In this document: positions 30,569 to 33,134 of the stretch, piece by piece
Position numbering within the stretch: position 1 is the stretch's first letter
Layout of the letters: the number at the start of each line of letters is the position of its first letter
Assembly (NCBI GenBank): GCA_010093995.1
Contig: ML992508.1
Location: 1,164,483-1,197,616 of the forward strand
DNA: 33,134 bases
Source: Elsinoe ampelina
Taxonomy: Eukaryota
Direction: 5' to 3'
Program-made: the position numbers and the translations under genes
Notes under the pieces: model-generated
Databases searched by the model: none
Told to the model about the DNA's origin: nothing
What the model saw: the letters and a program-made list of their open reading frames with translations, nothing else

Positions 30569-31729
30569 GTCGCCTTATGGTAGGGAGAGACCCGGTAGTG
30601 ATCCAATGACAAATCCCTCGAGCGAGTGCAGTGAAGCAGTCGAGTAGAGAGTCAGAGGGTCTGGGAAATTAAAGATTAGATGAGGATGAAGAAGGGTCAA
30701 AAGGGAAAGTGCCTAAAGGTCAAGATACATTGCCGGCTGGACTTCCTCGCCGATGGATGTGGTCGCCAATTGTCAGACACATGGCTGTTGGGGCGATAGT
30801 ATCAGCGGTTATGGTAGCAAGTTCGAAGGCGATAGAAGGCCGAATGCAGCAGCATGACGAGGGTCAAGCCCAGTCGAGTTCCATAGCGCAACCAGGAACG
30901 ACAGGGTGTTGGACCATGCCATGCAGACGTTGGCCAGAGCCGCCGATCTGCGCACGTTGCGGGTGGGTCCTGTGTATACAGTATGTACAACCACGACGGT
31001 TGCAAATGGCGGTAACGGAAGGAAAGGTCAACCTTGACGGTGGCTTAGTGATCTTGAGCGAAGTGATATTCGGTACGCCAGGGCCCGGACGAGAATACGC
31101 CGGTAGGACGCCGAGAAACACGAAGCGAGGGAATGAACGACGGAGCGGCATGTTGTCAGGACGTCGAGGAGATGCGGCTTGGCGGGGAAACAGCAGTCAG
31201 GTCCTGATGGTATCTTCTGACTTGTATGGTATGATGAGTGATGTTTCATAGCCTAGGACCTACGGAAGAGATAGAGTTCCCATAAAACGTACCTTAATTT
31301 GTTCTATTGCAGCAACGTGATCAGTCGGCGGACCTGGGCGCTCTGGGTGTGTCTAGGTGACGAGGTGTGCCAAATAGTCTGGTCAACGGCTACGAGTCGG
31401 GCACAATTGACATCAGCACAATGTGGAGCTTGGTGATGGGACCGTTGGGGACGTTCAATCAGAACCATGTGGTCGGGAGGTATTTCATCTCGGCTGCGAA
31501 GCGAGTCTCTCAGGGTCGCAAGCACTTCCAGACGGGATTGAACGGTGGCAATTTGGCAGTCAGCCCGGCTGTCGTATGTCATGCTGCCGAAGGATTGGAA
31601 TCTATGTTGGGGCCGTAAGAAGATGAGGTCGAGATGAGTGAGCCTAGTGCAGAGTGGAACAGAGCTTGAATTCGATCAAACATGGCGGAAGGCGGAAACG
31701 GGACCGGGAGGCGTCGGTGGCGTGAGGGG

Positions 31730-31871
31730 TGTTGTAATGGAAGGCTGGTACAGCTTCTCTGGTACTGAAGAACTGGTACTGATAAGTCAGCGCACGCACA
31801 GTAGATAAATCGGTTATTGTAACTCTCTGAATAAAACACACGTCTCTCGATCCGATTTGCTAGTTATAACA
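31730..31871 (+). repeat. 5' LTR (142 bp)
   Basis: Starts TGTTGTAA and ends TTATAACA (inverted termini, one RIP-type mismatch). Contains AATAAA at 31830-31835 and is immediately followed by the PBS. The second LTR is not in the window. Confidence 0.8.
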
Positions 31872-31882
31872 GGTTATAAGCC
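31872..31882 (+). other. Primer-binding site, initiator tRNA-Met half-molecule type
   Basis: GGTTATAAGCC directly after the LTR's terminal CA, one G-to-A change from GGTTATGAGCC, which is complementary to the tRNA-iMet anticodon arm as used by Ty5 and Drosophila copia. Confidence 0.78.
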
Positions 31883-32095
31883 TGGCGCTTCTATAAAAGC
31901 ACTTAAAGCTGTAGTAAATTAAGCATGTTATTATTAAAAGGATTACTAAGCTACCTACACTGAATTCTAGACTAGCTACATTAAGATAAACACTTATAGT
32001 AGCCCGTATTAACCCTTTAATCAAACAGTTTAAACGGCTTAAATAAGCTAATTACATTAATCAAATTAATAGGCCTTTAGCTAATTACTATTATT

Positions 32096-33134
32096 ATGTC
32101 TAGATTAGCAAAAATACTTAAGACTTAGATTCTTAAGAGAGGAAGTAACTATAATACTTAAAGATTAACCCTTAAGGTAGCCCTCCTTAAAAAGGATATA
32201 CTTAGATATACAATTTATAACATTAACTAGATACTAGCAGTTATAAAGCCTAAAGAACTAGCCCTAGATGCTAGTAAAGGCACTAAGGCAATCTATAAGG
32301 TTAGAAATAAGACCTAGCATAAGAATAATAGAATTGCTTATAGTGTTATTATAATAAGGATTTATAAATCTATTAGACCTTACTATAGTATAACTTAGAA
32401 GACTTTAAAGGAACTTCTAGACACTATTAAAGCTATATTTAAACCTGTTGTTTTATATAAGCTATATATAGCTATCTACAACCTTAACAAAGTAATTATA
32501 ACAAGTTATAACACCTAAAGGTACTATAAAGATTTTATAAAGTACTATTATTAATACACTATTACTATAGAGTAAAGAGTAAGCACTATTAGTGCTAAAC
32601 TAGATAAGTTTAGGCTCCCTTTATACTATATTAAGACTATGTTTATTATAGGAATAGAGACTACTAAATAGTTAAGGAGCTAGAGATCTAGCCTTAACTA
32701 CAAGAAGAGTCTTAAAGAGATAATAGGCTCTCTTAGAATATAGAAGCCCCTATATAATAGAAGAACTAATCTAAACCCTATTTATAGAGTAGCTAGTTAT
32801 ATTAAGGATTAATACACTTAGTATACTTATTATGTCTACTCTAATATAGATTACTTTAAGTAGCACCCTAAGAAAGCACTAAAGAGTTAGAGTAAAAGGA
32901 ATAATAAAGACAAGTTAAATAATAAAGGTATAAAGGCTAAAGGCAAAGCTAAAGGCAAAGGTAACAAGTTAAAGACTAAGAAAGTTAGAGGTTAAGTAGC
33001 TATTAAAGAATCTAGAGAACCTACTAAGGTAGGTAAATTAGATAAACGCTCTAACACTAATATTAATATTATTATACTAGTCTATAGAGTAGTAGCAGTG
33101 TCTATATTATTATCCTTAACCTATAGCAAGAATA
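32096..33134 (+). pseudogene. gag: RIP-mutated copia gag
   Basis: One frame from ATG 32096 with many TAA/TAG codons. It reads ILKRGSNYNT*K (copia L-x-G-x-x-NY-x-x-W motif after reversing G-to-A changes), KELLDTIKAIFKP at 32408, and at 32813..32854 tac-act-tag-tat-act-tat-tat-gtc-tac-tct-aat-ata-gat-tac, which reverts by transitions to C-x2-C-x4-H-x4-C, followed by FK*HPKKA. Confidence 0.82.

Larger units (their letters stand above)
31730..33134 (+). mobile_element. Ty1/copia LTR retrotransposon, 5' part, inactivated by RIP; continues past the right edge
   Basis: Abrupt shift to AT-rich, TpA-rich, CpA/TpG-poor DNA. A TG...CA-bounded LTR is followed directly by a copia/Ty5-type PBS and a degenerate gag. 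Confidence 0.9.

Overview
Gene-dense genomic DNA from a filamentous ascomycete (inferred from short GT-AG introns with CTRAY branch points, an intron-containing tRNA and a RIP-mutated transposon). Left to right: the 5' part of a ferric/cupric reductase gene running off the left edge (absent from the ORF track); a divergent Mn-type CDF transporter; a secreted pepsin-like aspartic protease; a GNAT acetyltransferase; tRNA-Asp(GTC); an SDR oxidoreductase; LSM7; a protein with an internal Zn(II)2Cys6 cluster; a PTH11-like membrane protein; a large, mostly disordered basic protein; a choline/ethanolamine kinase; a GT2 membrane glycosyltransferase; and the 5' LTR, primer-binding site and RIP-destroyed gag of a Ty1/copia element. 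The most interesting observation is in the large disordered gene (minus strand, 22632-19662). A single in-frame UAG at codon 52 interrupts an otherwise intact spliced 973-codon frame. This could be A-to-I stop-codon correction or readthrough, a nonsense allele, or a sequencing error. Several genes also switch sharply from C-rich to G-rich sequence near their 3' ends. All models were built by eye; no searches were run.
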